Source of the DNA: Yuukianura sp. NJ FZ-2021
Taxonomy: Eukaryota
Length of the DNA: 64,000 nucleotides
Direction: 5' to 3'
NCBI GenBank assembly: GCA_046563655.1
Contig: CM102289.1
Coordinates: forward strand, 8,742,001 to 8,806,000
Part shown: in pieces, positions 1 to 13,300 of the stretch
How the letters are laid out: every line of letters starts with the position of its first letter
Position numbering within the stretch: position 1 is the first letter of the stretch
Notes under the pieces: model-generated
The model's input: only the letters and a program-made list of their open reading frames with translations
Told to the model about the DNA's origin: nothing
The model's database searches: none
Made by a program: the position numbers and the translations under genes

Positions 1-1442
1 TCTGTGCAGCCCTTAATTTTGTGAAAAGGAAGTTTTAGAAGTGGATTGTGGAGGAGGAGAAATAAATAACCAAAGGAAAAGGCGGGAGAGTTTAAATCTA
101 AAATTCAAAAGAAAGCGCCAAACCTTCTGACTCTCGAGATAGGAGTTTAGGGGTGGGTGTAAATTGATCTCACTTCAATTTAATGAGCAACTTGAGAACT
201 TTTTTCAATTTTTGTGATTCAACACTTTTAAGTTTGACTTCAAAGGAAAAGCAACTTAAAAACTTTCTCCGGGAGTCATGGCTCAGACAAACTAAAATGA
301 AAATAACCCCTTTTGCTTTGAGCCATATCCAATTTCAAAGGGAAAACGAACCAAATCTTTCAACTTTTCTAAATACTAAAAACATTTTCTGAAATTCTAA
401 AAAAACTTTCGCCCAAAACTTTACAAAGTCAAAATAACTGTTGGTTGGGTTCATTATGATCCAAACGTTCATAATTTTTTAAAACTTTCCAACTAATCTA
501 ACTTGAAAAGTTAGATTTTAATTCTCATAGTACTGATGCAGCTAGGCTTTGAATTGTCAAAAACGAAAGAAATTTTACTAAAAAATGGTATAATTTAATC
601 AATATTATAAAAAAAAAGTTAAGTATTGACTTGACTACAGCGTATTACGAAAGTTTTTGAAAGTCAGAGCGGGAAAAGTGGTGTGTTCAGGAGAAAGTTA
701 AATTGGATAAAGGAAGTGACAGGAGTGGTCTCTGGTCAATACAGACGAAATTGATCAGGCGGACGGAAGCTATATTTGGTTTCTATGTGGAAATTGATCA
801 AAACGGATTTCGTCTTGGAGAGTTTTTTTTTCTTAACTTCAGGTTCCACTGGACCAAATTTGGTCAGATCTAAAGAGGAAAAAAACGTAAGTGGATAGGG
901 AGGAAGAGCCTTAATCTCAGGGGGCTCGGAAATCCTTTCAAGAAGAATCAGAGATCAGACTAACCACTTAACCTTCCGTACTAAAGAAAGAATAACAAAA
1001 AAAAGTTTTGTGTCTTGGTCAAGTGAAGATCTGAAAAGCTTGGGATACTTTCTCCCTGCTCTTGCCTTTACTGTGGGTAAACTCCCAGGAGCTTCTCGAT
1101 GTCAACATGAAGGGCCTACACAATTGGATTCTCGTCAAAACTACTCTAGAACGCTCCCAGAATATCCAAGTGAAGGTTCCATCAGGTCCTCTCCAAGTTT
1201 TGTTTTTTATTTGAAAGATCCAAGTGACATGAGATCCATGGTCTAACTTTACCCTACCATCGCTTCAGCCTAAAACTTTAACTCACAAGTCACAAAAAGT
1301 TTAGAAAGAGACAACTGAGAACCCCTTGGGGAGGGGACTTAAAGGGGCCGCATTGGGGGGGACTTAGAATGAGCACGAAAGGAATTCAATCTAATTGAAA
1401 CTTTCATTTTGACAAAAAAAGAAACAAAAAAAAAAGGCTTAC

Positions 1443-1468
1443 CTTGCTGCCGTGTCGGTCCTCAAGGG
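1443..1468 (-). CDS. gro: groucho/TLE exon 9 (A-LEDRHGSK); gene continues left of the window
   Basis: Acceptor CACTTTCAG, donor AAG|GTAAGC, phase 1 to 0. LEDRH resembles the EERH segment ahead of the CcN region. A second in-frame acceptor 9 nt upstream would start the exon at 1477. Confidence 0.65.
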
Positions 1469-2831
1469 CTGAAAGTGCTGAAGTTCCAAATTTAAAGTTG
1501 AAATTTGTCCAATTTTGAAAATTAGCGAAGATTGACCAACATGAAAAACAAATATTCAAAAGTTAAAAAACTGATTTGAAATTTTCAACTTAAAGAATTA
1601 ATTATTTATGAAAAAATGTATACGACGTATCACCATTTGACAACTTCCAGATTCAAAATTTTTAGCGATAATTTTTTTTTCCTTTTTCAAATCAAAATTT
1701 GAAAAACTTTTAGCCACTTTTCGTCGTTTTTCGAGTTTAGTATACAGTTTGCGGTGTTATTAAAATGAAACGAGAGGTGTGAATTAGGTTTTGAGATGAA
1801 AAGTGGTCTAGATAATTAATGTTCCATTTAAGTTGAGTAATCATGGCTCCCCTCTGCCTGATGGTTCCCCTTCAATGATTCATAGTTCTAGTCAAACCCC
1901 GCCACTCTTTAAATTTTGAACAGATTTGGACAATGGATGGGGAGAACTTGTGTCTTTTCATAATGCATTTGATTACCCCACCTCTCTTTCATGATGAAAA
2001 AAAGTGAAAGGCTGTCCAGAACCTGATCATTTTGAAAGGAGACAAACAAGGTCTATGACAGTTTTCTCCTGAATATTTTATGGCATGTCCACATACACCT
2101 AAATGACCAAAACCAGAAGCCTTTAATTCCATCAATTTCTACGCCAAAAAGGTGTGGCCTCTTTCCTCTAATGTTGGGTGGACTTAAATATTTACTTTTG
2201 AATCAACTTTCCATTTTCCCGCTTTCTTTTTGTTCGTGTCTAAATGTCCACCGATTTCTAGAACAAACTCTCTCCGTGTCCAAGGCCTTGGCCAATCCAC
2301 TTAACCAGTTCCGAGAACTGAACAATGGTGGCGCTGCTAACAAAAATTTTAAACTTCCAGTGCTAACTTTGCCAAAAACTTTAAAAAATTAACTTTCGCT
2401 TTCACAATACAGGGAAAGTTAATTTTTCTTTTCCTCTTTTTCCACTAAACGGCGATTCTCCAAACTTTGTTTTTTTTTTATTTCACAATTTGACACAAGT
2501 GGATTTTTGACTTGGAAAAAAATGTTATGACCGCTCTGCGCATGCGTTGGGCCCCTACGCTGTTTGCTGTTCTATTCTGGTCACTTGTACGTCCACTGTC
2601 CATGTCCCATTGACTTTTTAAATGTGGTCCATTAGGCCTAGTGCTTAACTAACTTAGGTTCCTCACTGAGAGCCTAATCTGACGGTAGATCTGGGCATTC
2701 AATAAATCAATCGACTTGTTCTCACAACGGGGTGGCCCGATTAGAATCTTGAGCAGTGCTACACGGGAATCATTACTCTTAACACGGGAGGGGGATAAAC
2801 CGGTTCTCCAAACACGCACACGGTCAAAATA

Positions 2832-2976
2832 CCGTAAAACTTCTCATTGTCACCGGTTTCTATCAAGCACCGGAGGTATAATGAACACACCACCGTCTAA
2901 CATCTACTACTCAAAGGCTGGAGTACAGTAAATAAAATTGAAGTACAAGGCTGGGCGTTTATTAGAAGTTTTACGG
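2832..2976. mobile_element. TA-flanked MITE (Tc1/mariner-pogo-like), 145 bp
   Basis: TIR CCGTAAAACTTCT at both ends with TA on each side. Same TIR as the element at 46851. Confidence 0.75.
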
Positions 2977-4278
2977 TAACTGGTAAAAGGTGTTTCAACA
3001 TCCAAACGTGTTAGGGGAGACTGAACATTGAACAATTGTAGTCCTTTTGTATACAACTTTTAAAGTTGAAGAGGGGGAAAATTGAAAAAGAGAGGAACAA
3101 GATGGAGGATGTAGAGTGTATTGTTACTGAAAAATTCCATCTATTTAAGTGTACACAACCACGAACCACTCCTTGCTTTTCTCTTGCCTTACAATGAAAA
3201 CGGCTTCAAAAAGTTGAAACTGGAAAAATAAAGGGCTGAGAACAAAGAAAAGTGGGCGGAATGGGGATCTCTACGGACTTGTCAAAATAAAAATTCAAGA
3301 GTGAGAAAAAGTTAAATGGAGATGGACACATTCCGTACTTGACATTACTAACTTTTTAAAAAAAAATGCCGTAAAAGGTCAACGTCAAAAATTCATGCGC
3401 AAACTTTCATGTTCTAACGTGTTAGTCACAACCATTTTCTTAACGGCCAACACCAAGTTTCAATTGCGTTAAAAAACAAGTTACAAAATAGATTTCAGCA
3501 AAAGCTTTTGAAAATTTAAAAAAAGAAATTTCAAAATTTTCGGAAAAAAAGAGAAATTTTTTTCAAAGGGATTTGCATCTCGCGTGAGAAATTATTGATT
3601 TCAGTCTCTATTTGGAGATTTACGGTACTCGTCTAATTTTTCTCTCTTTCTTTTGTAAGTATTGGAGGAGACAGTTTGATGGAGAATCAATTGCGAGGCG
3701 TGAAAATCCACTTGAAATTCTGGTGGAGAGAGCTGAGAACAATTTGGGCTCATTCACTTTCTCCGTGGGTGAAACTCTCCCACCCTCCAAACCCACGTCC
3801 CACCGTGGGACTCCCGCCCCACTTCAACTTCCTCTCGAGTGTCTCCAAGCCCAAAAGTGTTTTTCTCATCATTCCATCCAAGTCACAAGAGCCAGGCAAT
3901 GAAGACTTATGCTTCGAAATTTGGGACTCAAGCTTGACTAGTTGTTTGTCTAAGGGCTTCTATTGAGTTGGTCCTAGAGCGTGACAGCACAAGTGCCACT
4001 TCACCCGGACACACCCATAATGGTCCCAACCACCACATTTCATGTCAATCCCCACCACTTCACATGTTCCACTTGGCATCATTTCCTCTACGACACGATC
4101 ACACCCACCGACAGCATTTAATGAACCTACAACTCCAGTCTGTCCGTCATATCCCAGGATTGGGCACTCCCTATTAGTACAGAAGAGTCTCCAACTTTAT
4201 GCAATGTGCAAATTACAAAACAAATGCCAATTGCACTAATGTGGATTCGAAAGTTTCCTTACTCTGAGGTCCTATTGC

Positions 4279-4470
4279 CAGTGTTGCTGAATATCCACTT
4301 TTTTAGCATTTTGTCCAGGTTATATCCACTGGATAAATGGATAAATCCCGATGAAATCCAATTTCGGATGGACGAAATTGAGTTTTGTCCGGAAGAAATC
4401 AATAAAATCTGGATATATCCACCACTTTCGAGGAGAGTAGAAAAAATATTTTATACATCCAGCAACACTG
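4279..4470. mobile_element. hAT-superfamily non-autonomous element (MITE), 192 bp, in groucho intron 8
   Basis: TIRs CAGTGTTGCTG...CAGCAACACTG, flanked by a perfect 8-bp TSD CCTATTGC at 4271-4278 and 4471-4478. Confidence 0.9.
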
Positions 4471-4896
4471 CCTATTGCCATTGCAAAATCCACTCATTTG
4501 CCATTTCGGTTTAATTTTCTCTGGGAAATTACGGTTATCTTCTCGTGCAAGTTTTGTATTCTGAATTGCCATTTGTTTTGTATTTTGCACAGTTCATAAG
4601 TTAGAGACTTTTCTGTAGTTAGACTTTTCTGTTCTGAAAGGCGGGAAAATTTTACCCAGGAAATTACCTAACTTTGAGGAAGAAAAACAACGAGAAAAGT
4701 TGATTTCCGAATTCCGAATTCGCATTTGTCTCAGCTCATCTCATCTTGGATGCTGCGGAGATACTTTTGAAGATTCCTTAGCAGCATTCAAGATTTCCTT
4801 TGAATCTGGAAAGTTGTTTTTGGTGAAAGGGGATGATGGGATCAGGAAATCTCTTGGTTGAAACGTGCAGATTAGCGGTGGAAGAGGATGACAAAC

Positions 4897-5107
4897 CTGA
4901 TGGTTTTTCATCCCGGTGGAGATCGTGTTTGGCATTGAGAATCGCCAGAGGGTGGGGACCGCCTAATCCACTGAGACCGAGGAGGGAGGCTGCTGAAGAC
5001 GGTGGCAGTGGCGCCCCGGGCAAATGCGGAAGTATTGGCAACGGTGGATGTGCTGCCGCGGCGGCCGCTGCTGCTGCAGGACCCAACTGCTGAGCATGCA
5101 TCTGTTG
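4897..5107 (-). CDS. gro: groucho/TLE exon 8, GP region (QQMHAQQLGPAAAAAAAAAHPPLP...HRDEKPS)
   Basis: Acceptor TTTTTGCAG and a Gly/Pro/Ala-rich reading frame. The donor CAG|GTTTGT at 4897/4896 gives phase 1, matching the next exon; the donor position is inferred. Confidence 0.85.
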
Positions 5108-5574
5108 CTGCAAAAAGATCAAAACATGAGAATTTTGAAATCGGATTTTAAGCCTCTTCTAATCAGTCTAATTTAGATGACATCTCCTGTTCTAAACTTT
5201 AGAACAAAACAAGCAGCCAACCAAGGATATCCTCATCTTCCACTTCAAACTTGAATTTAATTTTCATTCCTTTAATCTTCAACTCTTCCCGCGCTCTCTC
5301 CCTCTCTAATTTATTTCAAACTGAGGAGGAAGTAGCCAATTTACAAAATTTCAAATTCTCCCTCCACGTTTTGCCAAATAATTTTAGCTTCAATTTGTCT
5401 GAATAAAATCATTCAAGTGTAAACCGCTCAAAACGCAACCATATAATTCGTTCCAAAAATTCAAAAATTTCCCGCCCTTTACAAGTTCAAGGCCTGAATT
5501 TAAAAAATCCCAGATTACCCCGTTTGTAAACTTTTTTGAGAAATTTTGAAAATAAATTTTTAAAAAGAACTTAC

Positions 5575-5604
5575 CAGAAGTCGAGGGAGATCTGGCCGTT
5601 GTTG
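5575..5604 (-). CDS. gro: groucho/TLE 30-nt symmetric micro-exon 7 (QQRPDLPRLL)
   Basis: Acceptor TTTTTTTTTCTAG, donor GTAAGT, phase 0/0, in frame between ELNAIIG and QQMHAQQL. Confidence 0.85.
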
Positions 5605-7139
5605 CTAGAAAAAAAATCAAACAAAAACATGTTCAGAACAATAAAAAAAAAGTAGACGACCCCCCACCCGGGAGTTACGTTTATTCTATTGCATGAAACA
5701 TAAACTTTTTTTTTCGAAACAAAAACATTTCCAAAAAAAACCGAAATCCTTTGAAATCTCCCGGGACGTTGGGATTGGATTTCGGGTGGAATCAAAACCA
5801 AATGCTGAGGTTCATTTTTCCCGGGTAGCCTCCTGCAACAATCTGTTTCCTCAACATCTGACGATTGAGCAGCATTCCGGTTAGGCTAAAGTTAGGTTAG
5901 GGACTTTTATATTATTGGATGAGTGCTTTTGTGCCTCAGTAGAGACGGCCTAATCGAACCGTGAAACAAGATCGTTGGAAGGGGAGACATGTATTGGCAC
6001 AATGCTGTTAGGCTAGGCTATGGTGGAGATTATGATCAGAGATTAAGGGATGAGATCCATATTTAGACACGCTTTGGAAGGAATAATGGCTTTGATAATT
6101 CCATTGTTCCCGCTCTAACAACCCAACCATGTCACTCTCATCCCCCTCCCGCTCCAGTGCTCACGTAATCTCATCTTCAATCCTCCACCATCATCATCAT
6201 CATCATCATGATCATCAGGAACAGCAAAAGCAACAACACAAAATAGAAATGAAGCTCATCATACATAGAGGAATACGGATTGTGGTGAAGCCTTGAGCCA
6301 TGAACAGTCGTTACAATTTAAATTTACCACCACGTACTTCATACGCCCATTTGCTTTTCAAATTCCTTCCGAAACCTCTCTACTTTATTGTAGTAAGCAA
6401 ATTGGCTCAAAATATTTGATGAAATCAAATTAATCAAAAATTTTCCCGCGAAAATGCAAAAACAAAATATCCCTGACCGCCATGACCCAAATACTACCAC
6501 ATTTCTTTCAGAAACATTTTTGTAATAAAGTCCTACAAGAAAATTCCTCTTTTTTCGAATTAAAAAAAAAATCAAAAGTTATGCTTGAGCTATTTATCTC
6601 GTTATTTTAATTCCTCTTTTAAAAAAAAATTGGCACAATTTCTTTCACTTTTGGATTTTCTGTGACGAATCGTTTTGCGTGGGAGAAAAAACTTCAGAAA
6701 GTTGTTTTTTTGTTGGTTGCGTGTGGCTTTTAGAACGGATGATTGCGCTCATAAACCTTGAAAACAACGTGATCATAGTTACTCCCACCACCTTCAAATA
6801 AACTATTAAAAGCACCTCTTCTAAAACAATTGAAACTTTAACAATGCTTTTCTCCTTTTCAAAAAAAAGTTAAACAAAATGAATGGGCAGGCAGGCATGA
6901 CCAATTGTGCTCAATTTAATCGCCCTCTTCCGCCCCTCAACTTCACTCAAAAATTACAACAAAAGAGTGCATGGGAGTGACAGCAGCTCTACTTCAACAA
7001 TCATTAATCTAAAACAACAAAGTGTCAATTATTTTTTAAGATGTTCCAAATTAAAACCTCTTTTATAATTTAAATTGAGTTTTCCTCCTCAAAAATTAAC
7101 AGTTCCATTCTTGAAAAAGTAGATTTATATCTCACTTAC

Positions 7140-7214
7140 GCCAATTATGGCATTGAGTTCCGTCATGGTCACTTGTTTGGCTCGTTCCACTGCTGTGGCT
7201 ACCTGTTGTTGATG
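7140..7214 (-). CDS. gro: groucho/TLE exon 6 (HQQQVATAVERAKQVTMTELNAIIG)
   Basis: 75 nt, acceptor TTTTTTGTAG, donor GTAAGT. End of Q domain. Confidence 0.97.
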
Positions 7215-7284
7215 CTACAAAAAATCAATTAACAATTAAGGTTAATCGACTAGTTTAATTATTGACATTTAGTGACTTTCTTAC

Positions 7285-7347
7285 CTCTTGTGATAAAAAC
7301 GGGAGGATTTGGGCAATGATTGCATTGAGGCGTTTGGAAATCTCCGT
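7285..7347 (-). CDS. gro: groucho/TLE exon 5 (TEISKRLNAIIAQILPFLSQE)
   Basis: 63 nt, polypyrimidine acceptor TTTTTCTCTAG, donor GTAAGA. Q-domain motif. Confidence 0.97.
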
Positions 7348-10300
7348 CTAGAGAAAAAGAGAAAGCATTTTAGTAGTAAAATCATAGTGTTCTAATCATT
7401 AGTTTCCTACTGGAGTACTATAAAAATGTTATAGGCTTTTCAATCCAGGAAAACGATCTCTCCCGCCTGAATTGTGCCCGGGAACTATCATTGATCCAAT
7501 TTCATTACATGGAAAAAGAAGACTTGAGGTCGTAAAGGCATTCAACTAAATGATGAAAGTGGTCACGACTAGGTCATTCTCCGCTTAAGTTCTGTTCAGA
7601 ACAGCGGGTTTTTCAAAAAAACGAACAAAAAAAAAGTAAATTTCTTCGTCGTAATTCCTTGCCCAACGGACCCATTCGTTTCCTTTTCTTTTTGGCGGTT
7701 TTTTAAACTGTTATGTTCAATGGATATGACTCTAAGCTTTCTCCAAAGAAAAAGAGAAGAGAAAAGAGCACGAGGTGAAATTGAGATTGAATTCAGTGAT
7801 CCCCAACACTGTTTTTCCTCCGCTAGTCTCCACTTCCGAGGTCGTTTCAGCGGGTAGTTTAGAAAAATAGACTTTTTTTGTACTTGCGTCAACAAAGCCG
7901 ATAATGGGTGGCAAATGCCTCGGATGAATGCATTTCCACGTCTCCAAACACTTTCCCTTGTCAAGTCCCCCGCCTTCTCTCTTCCACAAGCCTTAATCTT
8001 AGAGGCTTACAAAGACTATCCATTACACACAAAGCCATAAGGGACCACGACCCTCCAAGTACCCTATGAACCCCTACCGTCACAACTTTCACTTCCGATC
8101 TTTTTCTTTCATTTTTGAAACTTTGAAAAATTGGGCTTTCCCGCAGTCATTCCCTCCTCCTGAACTCTCCAAATTTTTATTTCTGCAGTAAAAAGTTACA
8201 CTTATCATTCAAACAAAATACACCACAAAAGTTATCCAAAAAAAAAAGCAGAAGCAAAAATCAACAACTAAAAACAAGAGAAAGTGACAATTTTGGACAA
8301 CTAAAAAATTAAATTTCATTTGGCAAAATATTGAGGAATTGCGGACAATCAGCTTTGAATTTAAAAATTGCGCTCTGAGTTATTCAAATATCAAATTTTA
8401 AAAAAATTTCTTCAGTTTTCTGGATCATACACCGACAATTTTTAAATTTTGGCTATAATTTGTGAACCATGCTGTACATCCTCCTTTTCCCACCCTTAGA
8501 GGAAGTTATAAACGGAAGTAAAGTTGATGTCTCTCGGTGTGTGCCTGGCCTCACTGATACTTGATGAGAGAAATGTAAACTTTGGGTTGAGTTGGACCGT
8601 GGGGCAAGGACTGCCGGAGCCCTGGAGCCTTTGGACCGTGTCAATATTTACCCAGAGCTCACTGACTCACTCCTTCTTCCGTCTTCAAAATACGTAAGAC
8701 AGGCAATAGGTTTCCCTAGCCTATTTGCCCAGTAAACAAAGAAACCTTCCTTTTATTTTCCTACTTTTCCCCATCCAACAGGAAAACGTTCACTATTTAC
8801 TATGTATACCAAAAAGTACAAAGTGGAAGTGGAAAAAGAACCGGGAAAAATCATTTGTCTACACACAAAATCCAAAGAGCACCCGCATTTTCGTCTTGGA
8901 AAGCACGAACAACACCCAACTATATCAACATCCAAAAGACTTACTATTGAAAACCCTAACTTATAGGAAATAACCTAACCGAAGCATGAGAAACAGAAGA
9001 GGCAATGCCCTCAAGACAAAGTGGACTTGGATACGAACCAACCAACTTTTTCCCGCTTTCTTTCAAATCTCAATTCCTTTTTTCTTGAAAACGAAAAGAT
9101 TTCTATCGATGAGGACTTTCTTTTGAACTGAAAAGAACAAAGACGCTGCTTCCTTTTCTCCCGCCACCAAAATACAAAATGGAGTCGACAAATGGAATTG
9201 ATTTTTTCTTCTCTTTTTCTTTCTAAAAAGCTGGAAGCGGTAAATAAAGCCTCATTTCAAATTCCACTAGATTCGAAAACAATAGAGACAGAGGCTTAGT
9301 TGAGAAAAGTCTAAAGAAAAGCGTCTTTTTTCAAAAAACTGCTTTTGTTCCTGGTATACAAAATTCTCAACAATTCTTGGAAGGAATTTGGCATGTTTTG
9401 CTGCAAAAGACGTTTTTGGAATTGGATCATATAGAAGGAACAGAAAATTGGGGGCGGGGTAACGTACTACCACACGACTTTATACAAAAAATAAGAAGTT
9501 GGGTTAGAAAAGAGCGGGAAATCTGTCATGGTAAAAGATCCATTCTGTATGCCCAACACACCGAAAACACCACTGCCACCACCAAAAAAAAAAGAAAGAA
9601 GAAAGTTCTATTCATGACTTTTTAACAGAGAGATCTTTTCTCCCGCTTTCTCTTCTTTTCTCCCAACATTTTTTTCGGTTCGACTTTTTTCGGTAGCAGA
9701 CGCCATCCGCTTTTTTCCTTTCTCAAAAAATCCGCTTCACAAGACCACCAATTTCTTTTTCCTTTTCTTCGTTTCCTCTCTTTTTTTCTCCGAAACCAGC
9801 AGAAAATGGAATGTCGTCTTCCCTCATCCATGAAGAAGAAGAGTCAAATTGGATCAGCCAGAGAAAGTCACTTTCTCCACTTTTCCCCTCTGATCCCATC
9901 TTCCTCTTTTTCCTTACAGAGCATAACCTAACCGCTCCTCCAGTCAGGTTTCAGGCGCATAACCTAACGTATTCTGGCTCTAAGGTTAGTGAAGAGAATA
10001 ATAAAAGATTACATAATTTTGTTCTTCCCGCTTTCTCGAGGGCCTCATAATCCTCAATGGAAAAGAACTCATCCATCTGTCTTCTCTCTTCCCGCCATCA
10101 CCAATTCCTTCACCATTAATTCTCACTCAACTTTCTCCATAAGTGAAACCATGGCTTTCTAACTTATCAAATCAGAAGCTATTCTTACAAAGTTAGGCTA
10201 GTCTGCCTACCTTTCAATAAATCTGAACCCCCCCCCTGTTAGAAGGGGGGGGTCAGATTTGCTTTAGATTTGCTTTGAGGGGGGTTGCCCCGTTTTGACT

Positions 10301-13300
10301 GTCAAAACCAAGTTAATTAGTCAGGTTTGGCTATTGACGCCTTCTTGGCACCAAGAAAATAGGCTTTTGGAAAAGAGGAAAGTTTTCTATCTTGCGCTGA
10401 AAGCGCGGGAAACTAGAAAGAGAAAGTAATCCAATTTTGGACCGTGAGACCAACACGCAGAAAGTTCATAAACCAATTCCCGCCAAAAGTTGGAACCTCT
10501 CAATTTCCCCTGGAGAGTTACAGCTTTTAGAGGAACATTGTAGCAAAACTAAACGTAAGCTATAACATAGCCTACTCGACGCTTCTAGATACAATAGAAA
10601 CATAATCCCTTTAAGAGCATTTGAGTTTGGTTTTCCTTTGAGACAATCAAATATCTCCATCATCTAATTACGACCGGGAGCTATCTAACAGAACGCTACA
10701 GTCACTGCCACAAGGTATCTTAGTTTGTTAGTTTTCTAACTTTCACTTTCTAACACCTCATAACTAAAGGTTAGGCTAACACTACAAATCAAACGCCCCA
10801 AAATCAACGCAGTTTCAATGAAATCAACTTTTTTTTTTGTACTACTTTCCCCGTGGGAGAACAAAGTTTTGACTTTATTACACTTTTTACTTTCTCCAAG
10901 TTACAGTCAACAACTTTTCCACAGAAAAACGTCTAACTTTTTGAGCCAATCCAAACCTCAATTTAAGTTCTAACTTTTTTCCCGCTTTTTTCTGGGCTTA
11001 TAGCATTTCGTACTAGCAATATTCTAGTAGTGCTCGTTTTATTTCCTAAAATGTCAGGAAAGTTTAGTCACTCAACCGCCGTTTTAAGCCGAAAAACAAA
11101 AAACGGCGTTGAATCTGGAGGAGAAATAACCATTTCTGTCGAACATTAATGTTGAAATGGGTTTTTATCGTTTCCTGGCCCAAACGGCCGCATAACAACT
11201 CCACATCGCCTCTATGTTTGTTACGACTCTACTTTCTTTTTATTATTAAATTCCACTGGACTTGTTTTCCATTTGAAACAATCAGAATCCAACCCTGGAA
11301 GGAGTAAAATTTATGTCCAAAGTGGAAAAAACTTGGTTGTTTTCTCCGTAAGTGGAGAAACAACATAAACAAGGGAGTTTGAAAAGTGGTCAATCCACTT
11401 CTCGCATGTTCACTTTCTCTTATCCCATTTCCCATCTCTAAGTTTTTGGTAAAAACAGGGACGTAAGTTGGTAGCTGTTAGATTAGGCTAACTTTTAGGT
11501 TGTTAGAGGCAGAGAAGTTGTTAGGTTATGGTTAGATTGTTTCGAAACACACTTAAAGTAGCTCCAGCAGCGGTTGGTTGTTTAGTTAGTTGTGTCAGGA
11601 TTTAAGCTCTTAAATTCACACCACAAAAGGGTGGTCCCGCACAATTTAATTACCCTCTCTTACCAACAAAACTGTAACCATACGAAGACTAAGTGCTTAG
11701 GCAGACACGGAGACATGCATCCATTTATTACCACACTTTGGTCTGAGGGAAGTGGCCTTACACGAACATTTTACATTTTACATGTACAACTACGAAAGAG
11801 CATTTGAAAACTTTGGGATTTAACCCTATGTTGGCTCTAATTTCGGCAAATCCGCACGCCCAAACACATTTCCTCTTTTACCGCAAGTTAGTTTTACATT
11901 TTGCATGTTCTATACACATCTCTGTTCATTAACCAAAGTTTATAATTCATTATTACACCACCACAACCCATAACAATTCACGTTCAATCTTTCACTTTTA
12001 TGGGTTCTAACTCCACTTACATGCTAAACCACACGATCTTTTCACTTTTCATGGAGAAAGTTAGGCTAGTAGGCTTGCACAATTTTGGCTAGAATCTAAA
12101 CCCGCTCAACATTTTTCAACAAATTTTTCATAATAGTAAACCAGTTCAACAAGTTTTTGCAGATTTTTGGTTCAACTAAACAAGAGTTCAACAATTTATG
12201 ACAAATTTTTGGCAAAAGTGTCAACCACTGGCAGGTTTTGAAAAGTTTTTTGCCCGTTTTTGTCCAAATTGCAAATCCTGTGATTTGACTAAAATTTGAA
12301 TTTTTTTTAAAAATTAAACTAGAAACCGAAGAAGTTGGCTCAAAGAAAGTCTAATTGAAGGGAATTTTTTTTCCGTTGTGCTGCTTCTGTTCCATTTCCT
12401 TCTGTACATATAAAGAATGACTTAGATTATGTGTCTCTGGAGATTTAAAAAAAGGCTCCCTTCAGACTTACCCAACCAGAATGAAATCTCCATAACTTAA
12501 CCAATCCCCTATGCAGATCAACCCCAAATTCATGTGTTCCAAAAAAAAACTAAGCTGGAGGAGAGGGAAAGTGAGTTAAAAAAGGAAAGTGAAAGTAATG
12601 GAGTAAGTCTTTGAAGTGTATTTACCTTTGAGCCTTTTCAATATCCAGGACCAGTGAATACCCACTCTAATCTTACCGGGAAATTCCTCTTAGAGGCTCA
12701 TTTTGTTACAAGGTCGAAAAGGTTTTAGTTTTTGTAATTTTTAGCTGTGTTAAGTGTGGAGTCTCCAAAGATACACAGATCCATAACAATTATTCACTTG
12801 TTTCATCATTCCCACTTTTCCTGACCTTTGACCTTTTAGCTTTTACTTGCAATTACGAAAACTATTCTGAAAAAAAATTTGAATTTGAAAATTAAAAATC
12901 TAGATTTCTAAAAATTTGAAAAAGTTTGATGACAATAATATGGAGAAAGTAGTACGCAAAATTATAGCCGCTTAACTAGGGGTATAAAACGAAACTATTA
13001 TGAAGCAGGAGGAAGCCAAAACCTAAAAAGAATGTGAGAATGGGCATCAATCCATTTTATGATGCAAGAAAAGACATTCCACTGGCGAAATAGTTACTCC
13101 CTCCAGTCAACTTTCATCATAACACGACTTTCTTTTCCTTTCTAGCTTGAATTGGATAGTCAGCAGTTTACTGGCACTAAAAGTTACTTCCTCCACTACA
13201 CACACAATAACTCATTCCCCCTACCTCATTTCCTAAACTACAGAAAGCATCTAGTCTTTGAAAGAATCTTACATCACTTTCTCCCCTTCAAAAGATCATA

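Noticed and set aside
5879..11540. Scattered TTAGG/CCTAA telomere-like words
   Set aside because: There are never more than about two tandem units, so this is not an interstitial telomere array.
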